The notes under the pieces were generated by a model that was not told where the DNA came from, did no database searches, and saw only the letters and a program-made list of their open reading frames with translations. A stretch of 64,000 nucleotides of DNA from Chloroflexia bacterium (lineage in GTDB: Bacteria > Chloroflexota > Chloroflexia > QHBQ01 > JADMIH01), in contig JBBRDO010000007.1 of the NCBI GenBank assembly GCA_038203825.1, positions 5,356-69,355 of the forward strand, read 5' to 3'. Each line of letters begins with the position of its first letter. Positions within the stretch are counted from its first letter, which is position 1. Shown piece by piece: positions 39,748 through 49,336 of the stretch. The position numbers were made by a program, and so were the translations under genes.

Positions 39748-39819
39748 AGCCGACGGGGGGATTCGAACCCTCGACCCGTCGCTTACGAAGCGACTGCTCT
39801 ACCACTGAGCTACGTCGGC
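39748..39819 (-). tRNA. tRNA-Thr (anticodon CGT)
   Basis: Cloverleaf GCCGACG/CGTCGGC acceptor, GCTCAGTGGTAGAGC D-arm, anticodon loop TTCGTAA, TTCGAAT T-loop. CCA not encoded. A hairpin and T7 run follow on the minus strand. Confidence 0.85.
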
Positions 39820-39911
39820 GAACGGACGTATTATAACGGTTTCGGCTGAAAATCGCAACCGGAATAGGACGCAGGGAGTGACGAATACGATAGCTGCTGG
39901 TAGAATAGGGT

Positions 39912-40286
39912 ATGAACAAGAACGAAACAACAAAGGTGATGTGCCCATACTGCCAAGGCACCGGCCACATTACTCAAGCTGGGTGGAACAAGACAGGTAG
40001 CAAACGTGCCAGATGTGAAGATTGCCAACGGTACTTCACATCACACAAGAAGCCAATGGGCTACTCTGCCGAGTTGAGGACACAAGCTATACAGATGCAC
40101 CTGGAAGGGATGAGCTTTCGAGGGGTAGGTAGAGCTTTGGGGGTCAACTTCCAGTCGGTTATCAACTGGTTCAATCAGGCGCATGATGCTCTACCTCACC
40201 ATGTGGAGGACCAAACTCCCGCACAGACCGTGGAGATTGACGAGCTATTCACGTACGTAGGTAAAAAAAGAAACAAGCCTTTGTAG
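39912..40286 (+). CDS. insA: IS1 family transposase orfA (InsA-like zinc-finger/HTH)
   Basis: CPYCQ...CEDCQ zinc finger and HTH. Ends ...DELFTYVGKKRNKPL with the A7 run at 40263-40269. Confidence 0.8.
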   Translation: MNKNETTKVMCPYCQGTGHITQAGWNKTGSKRARCEDCQRYFTSHKKPMGYSAELRTQAIQMHLEGMSFRGVGRALGVNFQSVINWFNQAHDALPHHVEDQTPAQTVEIDELFTYVGKKRNKPL

Positions 40287-40675
40287 TGATGGCTGTCTCG
40301 CGTGAAACACGTCTGATAGTTGGGTGCTGTGTCATGAAAGAGCGTAGCTGGAGAGCCATGCAGGAGTTCGTGGATCGCCTCCCTTTGGCCCAACGCTACT
40401 GCTCAGACCGAGTAGCCGTGTATCAGGAACTTATGTGGCCACCGGGCAGCGTGCATGTGCTATCGGAACGTAAAGAGGAGACCTATACCATAGAAAGTCT
40501 AAATGCCGACCTGAGGACCTACCTTGGTCGTCTGAAGCGACGCTCCCGCTGCTTCTCGCGTTGCTGGCAAGCCTTAGCTCGTGCTATTCGCATGTTCACC
40601 TGGCACTACAACCGGCGCCGTCGCATCATTTTGCAGCACCCCAAGTACCGCAATGGCCTCCCTCTATGCTCTTAG
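40286..40675 (+). CDS. insB: IS1 family transposase orfB (InsB-like; expressed as InsAB by -1 frameshift)
   Basis: In the -1 frame relative to orfA. Aligns with IS1 InsB (YVG-K...). Stop lies inside IRR. Confidence 0.75.
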   Translation: MMAVSRETRLIVGCCVMKERSWRAMQEFVDRLPLAQRYCSDRVAVYQELMWPPGSVHVLSERKEETYTIESLNADLRTYLGRLKRRSRCFSRCWQALARAIRMFTWHYNRRRRIILQHPKYRNGLPLCS

Positions 40676-40947
40676 TCACTCCCAGGACGCAGGGTGACAG
40701 GTTGACTCGCAGAGGCCATGGCAAGGCCTCTCATGCAGAAGGAAGAGAAAAGGATGCCGTCGATGTCACAAATGGGGCCCAGGAGTAGGACCTGCCACCG
40801 GCGCGGGCGCCCGATTGCACGGGCAACATAGTACGTGGATGGTACTAATGGGTTATCCACAATCGCGCGGAACTCTGATAGAATAGTTACGAGAGATAAA
40901 GTAAGAGCCGCGTACCTCGTGTACCTCAATTGCTCCTACTAAGCAAA

Positions 40948-40975
40948 AGGAGAAACCTTGCGGGAGGTTTCTCCT
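40948..40975. terminator. bidirectional rho-independent terminator hairpin
   Basis: AGGAGAAACCT-tgcggg-AGGTTTCTCCT, a perfect 11-bp stem flanked by T-rich runs on both strands. Confidence 0.6.
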
Positions 40976-41063
40976 TCTGTGTTTAACCTGAGAAGCGGTC
41001 CGGCCTGATACGCGAGCGCCGAGATGCCCGTTACCGCGTAAGCAGCTGGAGCGTTACTTCCCA

Positions 41064-41366
41064 TTAGGATTCAGCAGCGGCCGCATTGGTGTCCATTTCG
41101 ATGTACAGGATGCTGTGCCACGGTATCACAAAGTCGTAGGTGCGGGCACGATCGCCGGTCTCGTCCCCGTGTGCTACGGCGCGTACGTACTGCTCTTCGA
41201 AAACGAGATCGCCTTGTATCCAGGAAATACGCTCTTCATAACCGGGGCCGGTGCCGGACTCGCTGCGAGGTCGGCGGGCTGCTCTATAGTAGACTTTTCC
41301 TGACTTCTCTGCGGGCATTTCGGGCCTCCTTATTGTTTGTGTGATTGAGACGTCCGTTTGCGCCAT
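41064..41366 (-). CDS. hypothetical protein
   Basis: 100-aa ORF with no recognised domain. Start uncertain. Confidence 0.3.
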   Translation of the reverse strand: MAQTDVSITQTIRRPEMPAEKSGKVYYRAARRPRSESGTGPGYEERISWIQGDLVFEEQYVRAVAHGDETGDRARTYDFVIPWHSILYIEMDTNAAAAES

Positions 41367-41439
41367 TTTCCGGCACCGGGCGGAACGTAGTCGGGCGGTT
41401 GCTAGTGGTGTAGGGAACCGTGAGCCTTATGTCAAGTAC

Positions 41440-42021
41440 CTACAAACCTAGTTCCTCTGATATTGATTGCAAGGAACGTACCACAAAATCGATATGTTCC
41501 TCTAAAGGCCTACCCAATTCTGCAGCTCCTTGCACTACATCGTCGCGATTGACGTTGCGAGCAAACCCCTTGTCCTTCATTTTCTTCATTACGGAGCGTG
41601 CATCTACCTCGGCGAGACTGCGGTTCGGCTTGACGAGAGCGGTGGCCACGACCAATCCGCAAAGCTCGTCGCAGGCGAAGAGTGCGCGTTCTTCGGGCAA
41701 GTCCCGCGGTACATTAGTATACGTGGCGTGTGACAGTATGGATCTGACGAATCCCTCCGGCCATCCCTGCTCAAGGAGCATTCGGGCACCTTCGGAAGGG
41801 TGTGTTTCCATATCGGGGTGGATCTCCCAATCCCAATCGTGTATCAATCCAAGAGTGCCCCAGTAAGCCGGGTCGCCATGGTATAGGTGGGCGTAGGCCC
41901 GCATCGCGGCCTCGACACACAGCATGTGCTTGCGCAGGCCCTCGTTCTGGACATTTGCCTGTACCAGTTGCCATGCATCTTCCCGCGTCTTTCCGTTCAG
42001 TTCTCTCGTATGTTCAGCCAA
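41440..42021 (-). CDS. HD domain-containing phosphohydrolase (COG2316-like)
   Basis: HD motif (LGLIHDWD) and a second His/Asp cluster. 193 aa. Confidence 0.7.
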   Translation of the reverse strand: MAEHTRELNGKTREDAWQLVQANVQNEGLRKHMLCVEAAMRAYAHLYHGDPAYWGTLGLIHDWDWEIHPDMETHPSEGARMLLEQGWPEGFVRSILSHATYTNVPRDLPEERALFACDELCGLVVATALVKPNRSLAEVDARSVMKKMKDKGFARNVNRDDVVQGAAELGRPLEEHIDFVVRSLQSISEELGL

Positions 42022-42317
42022 AACAGTCTCTCCTCAAGTGTATATTGTCCTCTATTATAACTGTGCGGCGTGCCGCCTGCTATTATCTGTCGTGGTCGCG
42101 CAGTGGGATAGGCGCTTATTGAAGGCCAGAGATGGACAGGGAGCGGAGGGGTACATGGGACGGCTGGATGATAGAGGTGGTCGTCGTGTCGTAGGCAAGG
42201 GAGCGCTTGACCGGACTCTATTGCTTGTTCATGTGTTGGCTCACGCCAGCGTTCGCGTCATAATTGAGTATATAATAAACTCCCAGGCACAACACTTAGC
42301 TCATATGGAGGCTTACT

Positions 42318-42713
42318 ATGACTATTCCCTATGGTCCTATCGAAAGCGATTCAATGCCGCCACAACTTGGCCCTTATTCTAATGCGGTACGAGCGGGCAA
42401 CCTGATATTCACAGCCGGACAAGCAGGTCTTGATCCCGCGACCAATGCGCCCAAAGGGGAGGCGTTTGACGCTCAAGCGAGGCAAGCGTTTGAAAACCTG
42501 TCAACTGTCCTTCAGGCCGCAGGGAGTGGTCTGCAGTACGTGGTTAAGACGACGATCTTTATGGCCGATGCGTCCAACTTTGCCACGCTAAACCAACTCT
42601 TCAAGGAATACTTCCCGACAAAGCCACCTGCGCGGTCGGTGCCAATCGTGCAACTGCCTCGCGGGCTGCTGATTTCCATTGAAGCCGTTGCGATACTGCC
42701 CGACGCCGAGTAG
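42318..42713 (+). CDS. RidA family protein (second paralog)
   Basis: 131-aa RidA/YjgF-like, ~45% identical to the 19489 gene by eye. Confidence 0.8.
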   Translation: MTIPYGPIESDSMPPQLGPYSNAVRAGNLIFTAGQAGLDPATNAPKGEAFDAQARQAFENLSTVLQAAGSGLQYVVKTTIFMADASNFATLNQLFKEYFPTKPPARSVPIVQLPRGLLISIEAVAILPDAE

Positions 42714-42819
42714 GTTGCCGCGCCACCGGTCCCCGTTCTCAGGCATTGAAATTTCAGTCGGTCCATAAACGGAAAAGCTCGCCTGGAAGCATTGTCCAAA
42801 CGAGCCTTTGATCGTGATT

Positions 42820-42896
<77 letters not shown>

Positions 42897-43106
42897 TTGA
42901 CCGAAAGTTATTATAACAGATTGCCCGCGACCGCGCAAACCGCCGAATGGCCACAAAAGCCCAGTGACTGAGCTGCATCGGCCCATGGACGCTCTAATCC
43001 GGCACATTTGTTAGTCAACATAGCTCCTGCGGCTGCGAGGTTGGAAGCCGCCGGAAGTCAGTATCCGTGCGGCTTTTCTCAGTATCCACGTACATAAAGA
43101 TCCGTA

Positions 43107-43134
43107 TTGTATTTCCCGAAGGACGTAGTATAAT
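43107..43134 (+). promoter_or_regulatory. candidate promoter TTGTAT-N16-TATAAT preceding a ~240-nt leader of the MFS gene
   Basis: Consensus -10 element at 43129-43134. No ORF between it and the MFS start. Confidence 0.35.
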
Positions 43135-43383
43135 CTAGACACTCACCAATACAGGCGGTAGGTTTGCTGCACATTCCTCCCGCGCCGGCGATGCCACGAA
43201 TAACCTACACGCAACTACGTGCAGTCGTGAGATACCATCGAACCATTGCTGCATGCCTGTACTCAAAGCATAAAGTCTCTTGCCCGAAGGCGCCGCTGAA
43301 CCGAGAGGTAAAGTCCGGAAGCGGTAAATAACGACTCCTGAGAAGCAGCCTCGCCCTAACTCGGCAGGCGGAGGAGAAACGGC

Positions 43384-44697
43384 ATGGAAACTTCTGCGAT
43401 TCCCGCGGAACCGATCGGAGAGCCTTTCGTTACGGGGGATGTGCTTGCGGAGCTGGAACAGCCTGCTGAAGGTCCCTTCCCTTACAAGAAGGCCATAAAC
43501 TACAGCGTCGCGAACCTGGGAGCGGCTCTATTTTACGGTCTGTTCAATTTCGGCATGCCGCTCTACCTGCGGAGCTATGGACTTCCTGCCTGGCTAATCG
43601 GGCTGCTGGCAAATGAGCGTTCCTTCGTGGGCGCCCTTTTTCAACCCATGGTGGGACGCATGAGCGATCGGCTCCGAACGCCATTGGGCAGGAGGCGTCC
43701 GTTCTTCCTGGTGGGGATCCCACTTGTGTGCCTTGGCATATTCGCCCTGGCTTATCACCCGGAACTGTGGATCATGATCGGGATCATGGCTGTGCTGGCG
43801 TTCTTCCTGGTGGTGGCATGGGACCCTTATCTGGCAATGATGGCCGACCTCTTCACTGAGAAGCAGCGCGGCAGGGTCGGTGGTATCCTCGGGCTTGGCG
43901 TGGGGCTTGGCAACATCGCCTTCGCTATCATAGCTCTGACTCTGTGGGGAGACCACGAGTTCTCAGTATTCATGATCATAATTGTGGTAATGATCACCGC
44001 CTGGGCCTACACCTTCTTCGCAGTCAAGGAACCGCCGGCCAGCTTCCTCCACGAGAAACCTAGCGACAAAGTAGGATCGCCCAACCCGATCGAGTATGTG
44101 CGAAGTCTGAGGCGTTATCCGGAAGCCGCGAAATACACGCTTGCGATCACATTCTTCTGGCTTGGCACAGGTGGAGTGATCCCTTTTATCACTCCCTTCG
44201 CGGTGAGCGCGCTTGGAGTCACTGAAAGCGAATCGTTCATCCTCGTACTCGCGGCTACCGGCGTGAATGCTCTCCTGGCGGTGCCTTTCGGACTGCTAGC
44301 GGATCGCTTCTCGAAGAAGCGCGTGATGACGCTGGGTCTGTTCGCCTTCGGCACCATAGCTATTGTTGGCTCACAGGCGCAGACCTTGCTGCAAGCCACG
44401 ATTGCGATGGCGCTGGCGGGCGGAGCCAACGCAGCCATGGCTATGGTCAACCCGATGCTAATTGACCTAGTCCCCAAGAAGCGCACCGCAGAGTTCGTCG
44501 GCCTGGGCTCCTCGGTATTCTCGTTTGCCCAGCCACTGGGTTCTGTGCTTGCCGGCCTTGTCGCAGGCCTGGCGGCTATATTTGTCGGTGGGCCGCAATC
44601 CTACCGCTGGACCTTTATCACAGCTGGAATAATGCTGATTATCGGTGGTATACTGCTAAGAAACGTCCACCCCGAGAGGGTTGTGGACGAAGAATGA
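43384..44697 (+). CDS. MFS transporter
   Basis: 12 predicted TM helices. MFS motif region GRMSDRLRTPLGRRRPF between TM2 and TM3. Confidence 0.8.
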   Translation: METSAIPAEPIGEPFVTGDVLAELEQPAEGPFPYKKAINYSVANLGAALFYGLFNFGMPLYLRSYGLPAWLIGLLANERSFVGALFQPMVGRMSDRLRTPLGRRRPFFLVGIPLVCLGIFALAYHPELWIMIGIMAVLAFFLVVAWDPYLAMMADLFTEKQRGRVGGILGLGVGLGNIAFAIIALTLWGDHEFSVFMIIIVVMITAWAYTFFAVKEPPASFLHEKPSDKVGSPNPIEYVRSLRRYPEAAKYTLAITFFWLGTGGVIPFITPFAVSALGVTESESFILVLAATGVNALLAVPFGLLADRFSKKRVMTLGLFAFGTIAIVGSQAQTLLQATIAMALAGGANAAMAMVNPMLIDLVPKKRTAEFVGLGSSVFSFAQPLGSVLAGLVAGLAAIFVGGPQSYRWTFITAGIMLIIGGILLRNVHPERVVDEE

Positions 44698-44727
44698 TGC
44701 AGCGGGCTATCCAACCGGGAGGCTTGC

Positions 44728-45459
44728 ATGGTCTCTGATCCTGAGCGCAGGGAGAGCGCGCCAACATCGGAGCGAGAGCAGCAGATCCAGCAGGGTAATG
44801 CCGCGAAGTCGAACTTGTACGTCAAGGCGTTCCGGATTGTCGTGCGCGCCATCTTCCGCGTGTTGTTTCGGGTGCGGGTGGTGGGCCTGAAGAACGTACC
44901 CAGCACGCACACTATAGTTTGCATTAACCACCTGGGCTGGACGGACGTCTTCCTGGTGCTGCTCTTTTTCCCGGTTGAGCCGCGGATCTACGTTATGGGA
45001 GAGGCAGAGGTGAAAGACATCTCCGCGTTCAGAAGATGGGTGATCAACTCTCTGCAGGTTTTTGTGATGCTTGATCGCAGTAAGCCGGTGCTGGCACTGC
45101 GGACAATGGAGGACGTGCTCAGGCGAGATGGCTCTATACTGATCTGCCCCGAGGGACGGTTGGGCACGCAAGAGGGACAGCTACAGCCGTTGCAGCAGGG
45201 CGCTGCGCACACCGGCGTTATCACGGGCGTTCCACTGCTGCCAGTGGGATTGACAGGTCCGAGCCAGTTGTGGCTGCGGCGCACTCTGGTCGTGCGGATC
45301 GGCAAGCCTATAGCGCCGGATGAGTTCCAGGGTAGCTCACGGGAACGCACACACGCTATGACCGACAAACTGGCGACGGAGATGCAGAGGCTACTGCCGG
45401 GTGACAGAGAGAAGCCGCGAATAAAGCTGCTGCAACGCTGGCTTACCAAGCTCCTGTAA
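44728..45459 (+). CDS. 1-acyl-sn-glycerol-3-phosphate (lysophospholipid) acyltransferase, PlsC family
   Basis: H(X)4D motif NHLGWTD and the PEGRLG motif. Confidence 0.8.
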   Translation: MVSDPERRESAPTSEREQQIQQGNAAKSNLYVKAFRIVVRAIFRVLFRVRVVGLKNVPSTHTIVCINHLGWTDVFLVLLFFPVEPRIYVMGEAEVKDISAFRRWVINSLQVFVMLDRSKPVLALRTMEDVLRRDGSILICPEGRLGTQEGQLQPLQQGAAHTGVITGVPLLPVGLTGPSQLWLRRTLVVRIGKPIAPDEFQGSSRERTHAMTDKLATEMQRLLPGDREKPRIKLLQRWLTKLL

Positions 45460-45494
45460 GGCCACTCCGGCCACTTGCCGTTGGCAGTCGAGCG

Positions 45495-46067
45495 CTACTG
45501 TTGTGCGTTGCTGATGTACTTCGCCGCTTCGGTCGCCCAGGTTGAGTCCGGGGCCAGGGTCACGACGGAGCGCCACTCGGCAATCGCATCCTGAGTCCGG
45601 GGTGGGTCTAGCTGTGAAAGAGAGAGCCCCAGCAAGAGGTGGATCTCAGGACTGTCCGGCTGCAGCACGACCGCCTGCTGTAAGGTAGCGACCGCCTTGT
45701 CGAAAGCCTGCTGGTAGATGTAAGTACCGGCTAAGCGGAGCATAAGGCTAGCGTCGTGGGGCGACAATTGGGAAGCGCGCTCGTAGTTCACTTGCGCTTG
45801 CGGGTACTGGCCAAGAGAATAATAGAGGTCCGCCAGGCCAGAAGTGCACTGCAGGTTGTTCGGGTCGTTGGCCACGCAAGTTTGCAGATCAGCCAGCTTG
45901 GTCATGTCCGCATCAGCCTGCACCGTGGGGATAGCCGTCGGCGCGGCGACTACCCTGCTGACAGGCGAGTTCCGGCCTGAGACGTTGTCATACACCTGTA
46001 TGATCACCATCACGAGCAACACCCAACCGAACAGCAAAACCAGTATTCTCTTACCGAGTGGACCCAT
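45495..46067 (-). CDS. tetratricopeptide repeat protein (membrane-anchored)
   Basis: N-terminal TM plus TPR-like repeats. Confidence 0.65.
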   Translation of the reverse strand: MGPLGKRILVLLFGWVLLVMVIIQVYDNVSGRNSPVSRVVAAPTAIPTVQADADMTKLADLQTCVANDPNNLQCTSGLADLYYSLGQYPQAQVNYERASQLSPHDASLMLRLAGTYIYQQAFDKAVATLQQAVVLQPDSPEIHLLLGLSLSQLDPPRTQDAIAEWRSVVTLAPDSTWATEAAKYISNAQQ

Positions 46068-46089
46068 TTAACCAGCCCTGGATTCTAGA

Positions 46090-46536
46090 TTAACGCTTAT
46101 GCTCAAGCAGATGTTTCAAGCGTAACATATCCTGCCCCAATAAACCACCTAAGACCGCGTTCAAAATGAGGGTTGGTATGCCGGTCGCGTCGAGCGAGAG
46201 AGCGACATGTGTGCTTTGGGACGTTGAATCAGGGGCAAGCCGCAATTGCACGACGGCCTGGGGGTCGCCATCCAGAGCGAAGCGCACCAGTTTGTTCGGT
46301 ACCAGCTCAGCAACCCGCAGGTTGAGCAACTTGTCCTGTCCCAGGAAATTGGCCTCGGCACGCCATACCTGCCCGGCGGCGGGCGCGCCTTCCGGCCCGG
46401 ACATCACTTTCTTAATCGAGCTAATATACTTCGGCGCGTTACGTGCGTCCGATACGAATGCGTAGACCGACTTCACGGGCGCGTCGACGATAATTTGCTT
46501 GTGGATCTCACCCAACTTACACTCTCCATGAGGCAA
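46090..46536 (-). CDS. SRPBCC family protein (polyketide cyclase/dehydrase-like)
   Basis: 148 aa with Bet v1-like fold signatures. Confidence 0.55.
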   Translation of the reverse strand: MPHGECKLGEIHKQIIVDAPVKSVYAFVSDARNAPKYISSIKKVMSGPEGAPAAGQVWRAEANFLGQDKLLNLRVAELVPNKLVRFALDGDPQAVVQLRLAPDSTSQSTHVALSLDATGIPTLILNAVLGGLLGQDMLRLKHLLEHKR

Positions 46537-46542
46537 ACAGCC

Positions 46543-47244
46543 TTATCGGTTCTTGCTATAAGCCAGCCGCCTGCGCGCCCAGGACTTCAGGCCCGCGGCC
46601 AATTCCGGTATTTCCAGGAATTCAGGCGCACGGTTGCGTTCCGTGTCGTAGATATCGACCACGTCGCGCAGTGTCATTCCGTGGGCGGGACGATGCACTA
46701 TGCGAACCTCGTCGCCGGCGCCGACTACGCCTTCACGAATAATCCGCAGGTAGGCGCCGGGCCTGCGGGCCGCACGGAATAGGTCGGGAAAATGTGGATC
46801 GTTCATCCTCGCGCCCAACTTCCAGCAGGGGAATCGCGGCTGAGCTACTTCGAAGAGCGCATCGCCGATCTCCCAACGCTCGCCAATCAGGGAGCACGAC
46901 ACGTCTATACTCTCCAGGGTCAGATTCTCACCAAACGCAGCAGGCCCAAGTGAGCGTCCAAGTTGGCCTTCCCACCAGGTGGTGTCCTCGCTCGCATAGG
47001 CATAGACGGCTTTGTCTGAGCCGCCGTGCACCTCGCGGTCTGCCTGGTCGTCGCCGTCCAAGTTCACCCCACGCACCATGACTCGTCCCTCGACAGGCGA
47101 CTTCCAGATAGAGGTCGTCTCGGTCCGGCCAAGCCACTCAATAATACGCGGGCGGCCCACATTCACCGAGAGCACGCGCCCCGATTGACTTTCACTCATC
47201 TTCGCTGACATCCTGCACGATCTTGCGTTTGCCCCTGGTATCAC
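46543..47244 (-). CDS. MOSC domain-containing protein
   Basis: MOSC beta-barrel motifs. Start ambiguous between GTG 47244 and ATG 47211/47199. Overlaps the ligase 3' end. Confidence 0.7.
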   Translation of the reverse strand: MIPGANARSCRMSAKMSESQSGRVLSVNVGRPRIIEWLGRTETTSIWKSPVEGRVMVRGVNLDGDDQADREVHGGSDKAVYAYASEDTTWWEGQLGRSLGPAAFGENLTLESIDVSCSLIGERWEIGDALFEVAQPRFPCWKLGARMNDPHFPDLFRAARRPGAYLRIIREGVVGAGDEVRIVHRPAHGMTLRDVVDIYDTERNRAPEFLEIPELAAGLKSWARRRLAYSKNR

Positions 47245-49003
47245 CCTTGCCCTGCATGTTGTACAGTTCGATTATCTCGTCAACACTGGTAGCGTCCTCG
47301 GGGCCGCGCTCGGGGCGCTCCTTAACTATACGCGGGAAGCGCAAGGCGTAGCCGGCTCCATCGGCCGTCTTCCCTGCAGGGTGCATCTGGGAGCGGGTGA
47401 GCTCGTCGGCCTGTAATTCCAGAACGTAACGCGGCACGACCCAAAAGTCGGGCGTAAGCACACTCACAACCCTGGGGTCCTTATGATCGATCTTGTCGGC
47501 AAGTAGCCTTCTGCCCAACTCCTGAAATGCCTCTTCTGAGAGGCCGCTTGCTACTTTAGTGACTGTAGGAAAGGTATCGTTGGCCTTGTCGTATACGGAG
47601 ACCAGCATCGTGCCGATTCCCCACGATGCCCGTCGCCCCTTGCCATAAGAGTAGCCTACGATGACGCAATCGACTGTATCGCTCATCTGCATGTTATAGG
47701 AGCGCTTCATCTTTATCCAGTTGTAGCCGCGCTTGCCTGCATCATAGACGCCACTCAATCGCTTGGCGACAATCCCCTCGTAGCCTTCCACCAGGCTGTC
47801 CTCGTAGAACAACACGATCTGCTCGGGGTCTTCAGTAATGAGCGCGGGCGATGGGTGCAGGCCGCCCAGGCCTTCACGAGGCGCAATTGCCTTGTAAAGC
47901 TCTTCGCGCCGCTCTATATAAGGACTGCGCGTGAGGTCGCGCCCGTCAATGAACAACAGGTCAAAGGCCATCAGGCTTATGGGCAGGGTTTCGCTCATTT
48001 CGGCTATGTTGTGAACACGTCGCCGCTGCGAGGTTACCTGGAAAGGCTGAATTGCGCCTGTTGAGGGGTCGTAGGCCAGGGCTTCGCCTTCGAGGATTAC
48101 CTGGGCTGAACTTATTTGCCTGTGAATGGCTTCGACCAGATCAGGAAACATACCGCTCATGTCCTCGAGGCCACGCGAGAACATACTGACCTTCTCGCCG
48201 TCCTTATGCACCTGTATCCTGAACCCGTCGTACTTGGGCTCAATTGCGCATTCTCCCAGGCGAGCCACGATCTCGTCGGCGCTGTCAGCACGTTCTGCAA
48301 GTGCCATGCGGACGGGATTGCCTACCTTCACGTGTATGTCGTCCAGGCCCTCAGGCCCCATGGTGTAGAGAGTATGCGCCACCAGGCCCAGGTCGCTCGA
48401 CAGATTGTAGGCGCGCTGGAGCGCCACTCTGAGGGACTTGTCCCCCGCCTTGGCCAGCGACAACGCATCCAGCAGAGTGGGGTCGCCCACTCCAACGCGC
48501 AACCGGCCAACGACTATGCGGGCGACATGCTTGGCCTCCAGCGGGGAGAGGCGCCTGAAGAGGACTGCGAGTTGAGTTACCTTGCCTTCCTGGCTGCCTG
48601 ACCCGATGGTTTCGGTGATCTTCATGAGCTGGCTGTAGACGTCCTGCAATGTAATCGGCTCAATATTGGCCGGGGCCATGGGGTTATCGGCCTCCCATTT
48701 CGCGGCGTATTCCTGGGCCACCAGTCCGGCGTCACCCAACTGCTTCGACCGCGCCAACACATCATCGTATGTCGCGCCGTAGGCCTGCGTAACCGACCTG
48801 TAAATCAGGCGCTCGTTCATGCCGAACTCTTTCTGTATGAAGTCGGGCAAGAGCCGGCCCTGGCTCAAATAAAGCAGTTCCGCGATGTCGTCCGGCTCGG
48901 CCTGCCTGAGCATTTCGGCAAGCATGGAGATCATTTGTGTGCGCCCGGATATCGGTTCAAGGGCTTCTAGGGTTTCAGCCAGGGTGCTGAAAGGCATGGG
49001 CAT
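47192..49003 (-). CDS. ATP-dependent DNA ligase (Lig I/archaeal-type: DBD + adenylation + OB)
   Basis: KYDGFR adenylation motif I and full three-domain architecture. Start at ATG 49003 with a TGGAG RBS. Confidence 0.8.
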   Translation of the reverse strand: MPMPFSTLAETLEALEPISGRTQMISMLAEMLRQAEPDDIAELLYLSQGRLLPDFIQKEFGMNERLIYRSVTQAYGATYDDVLARSKQLGDAGLVAQEYAAKWEADNPMAPANIEPITLQDVYSQLMKITETIGSGSQEGKVTQLAVLFRRLSPLEAKHVARIVVGRLRVGVGDPTLLDALSLAKAGDKSLRVALQRAYNLSSDLGLVAHTLYTMGPEGLDDIHVKVGNPVRMALAERADSADEIVARLGECAIEPKYDGFRIQVHKDGEKVSMFSRGLEDMSGMFPDLVEAIHRQISSAQVILEGEALAYDPSTGAIQPFQVTSQRRRVHNIAEMSETLPISLMAFDLLFIDGRDLTRSPYIERREELYKAIAPREGLGGLHPSPALITEDPEQIVLFYEDSLVEGYEGIVAKRLSGVYDAGKRGYNWIKMKRSYNMQMSDTVDCVIVGYSYGKGRRASWGIGTMLVSVYDKANDTFPTVTKVASGLSEEAFQELGRRLLADKIDHKDPRVVSVLTPDFWVVPRYVLELQADELTRSQMHPAGKTADGAGYALRFPRIVKERPERGPEDATSVDEIIELYNMQGKGDTRGKRKIVQDVSEDE

Positions 49004-49336
49004 CGCTGTACTCCAATCTGTATTCTGCGTTTCAAATTGACGCCATGAAATTATAGCATAGCAGGTAGAGGCGTGGGGAAGCACAGGGGAGGACCCCTGC
49101 ACCTCCTCTTTGAGTGGGGAGGCCAGGAGGAAAGGGGCCAGGGGACACTCCTGGGATCCCGCTAGGGCGGGCCGCTGTACCTGCTCGTTAGTTGGTGGCG
49201 GCTTTGATGTTGCGGCTTGTTCATACCACGCTTATAATCGTAGCGCAGCGTTACGCGGCTAAGTTTCATGTGATGCTCCCAACCCTCCGCGAACGTTGGG
49301 CTTCCGGATCAATTCTCCAGACTGGACTTTGCTACT

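Larger units (their letters stand above)
39874..40683 (+). mobile_element. IS1-family insertion sequence (810 bp)
   Basis: Imperfect 20-bp terminal inverted repeats (GGGAGTGACGAATACGATAG / CTATGCTCTTAGTCACTCCC). 8-bp target-site duplication AGGACGCA (39866-39873; 40684-40691). orfA/orfB pair with an A7 slippery site. Confidence 0.8.

Noticed and set aside
43141-43383. TPP riboswitch in the MFS leader
   Set aside because: Only the CUGAGA hexamer is present. The GGGGUGC and ACCUGAUCUGGAUAAUGCCAGCG elements are missing.
49004-49336. Searched for a tRNA-Sec (selC) next to selB
   Set aside because: No candidate has a UCA anticodon loop with an 8/5 acceptor/T-arm geometry or a GGTTCGA T-loop. The TTTCAAA near 49031 lacks a pairing stem.
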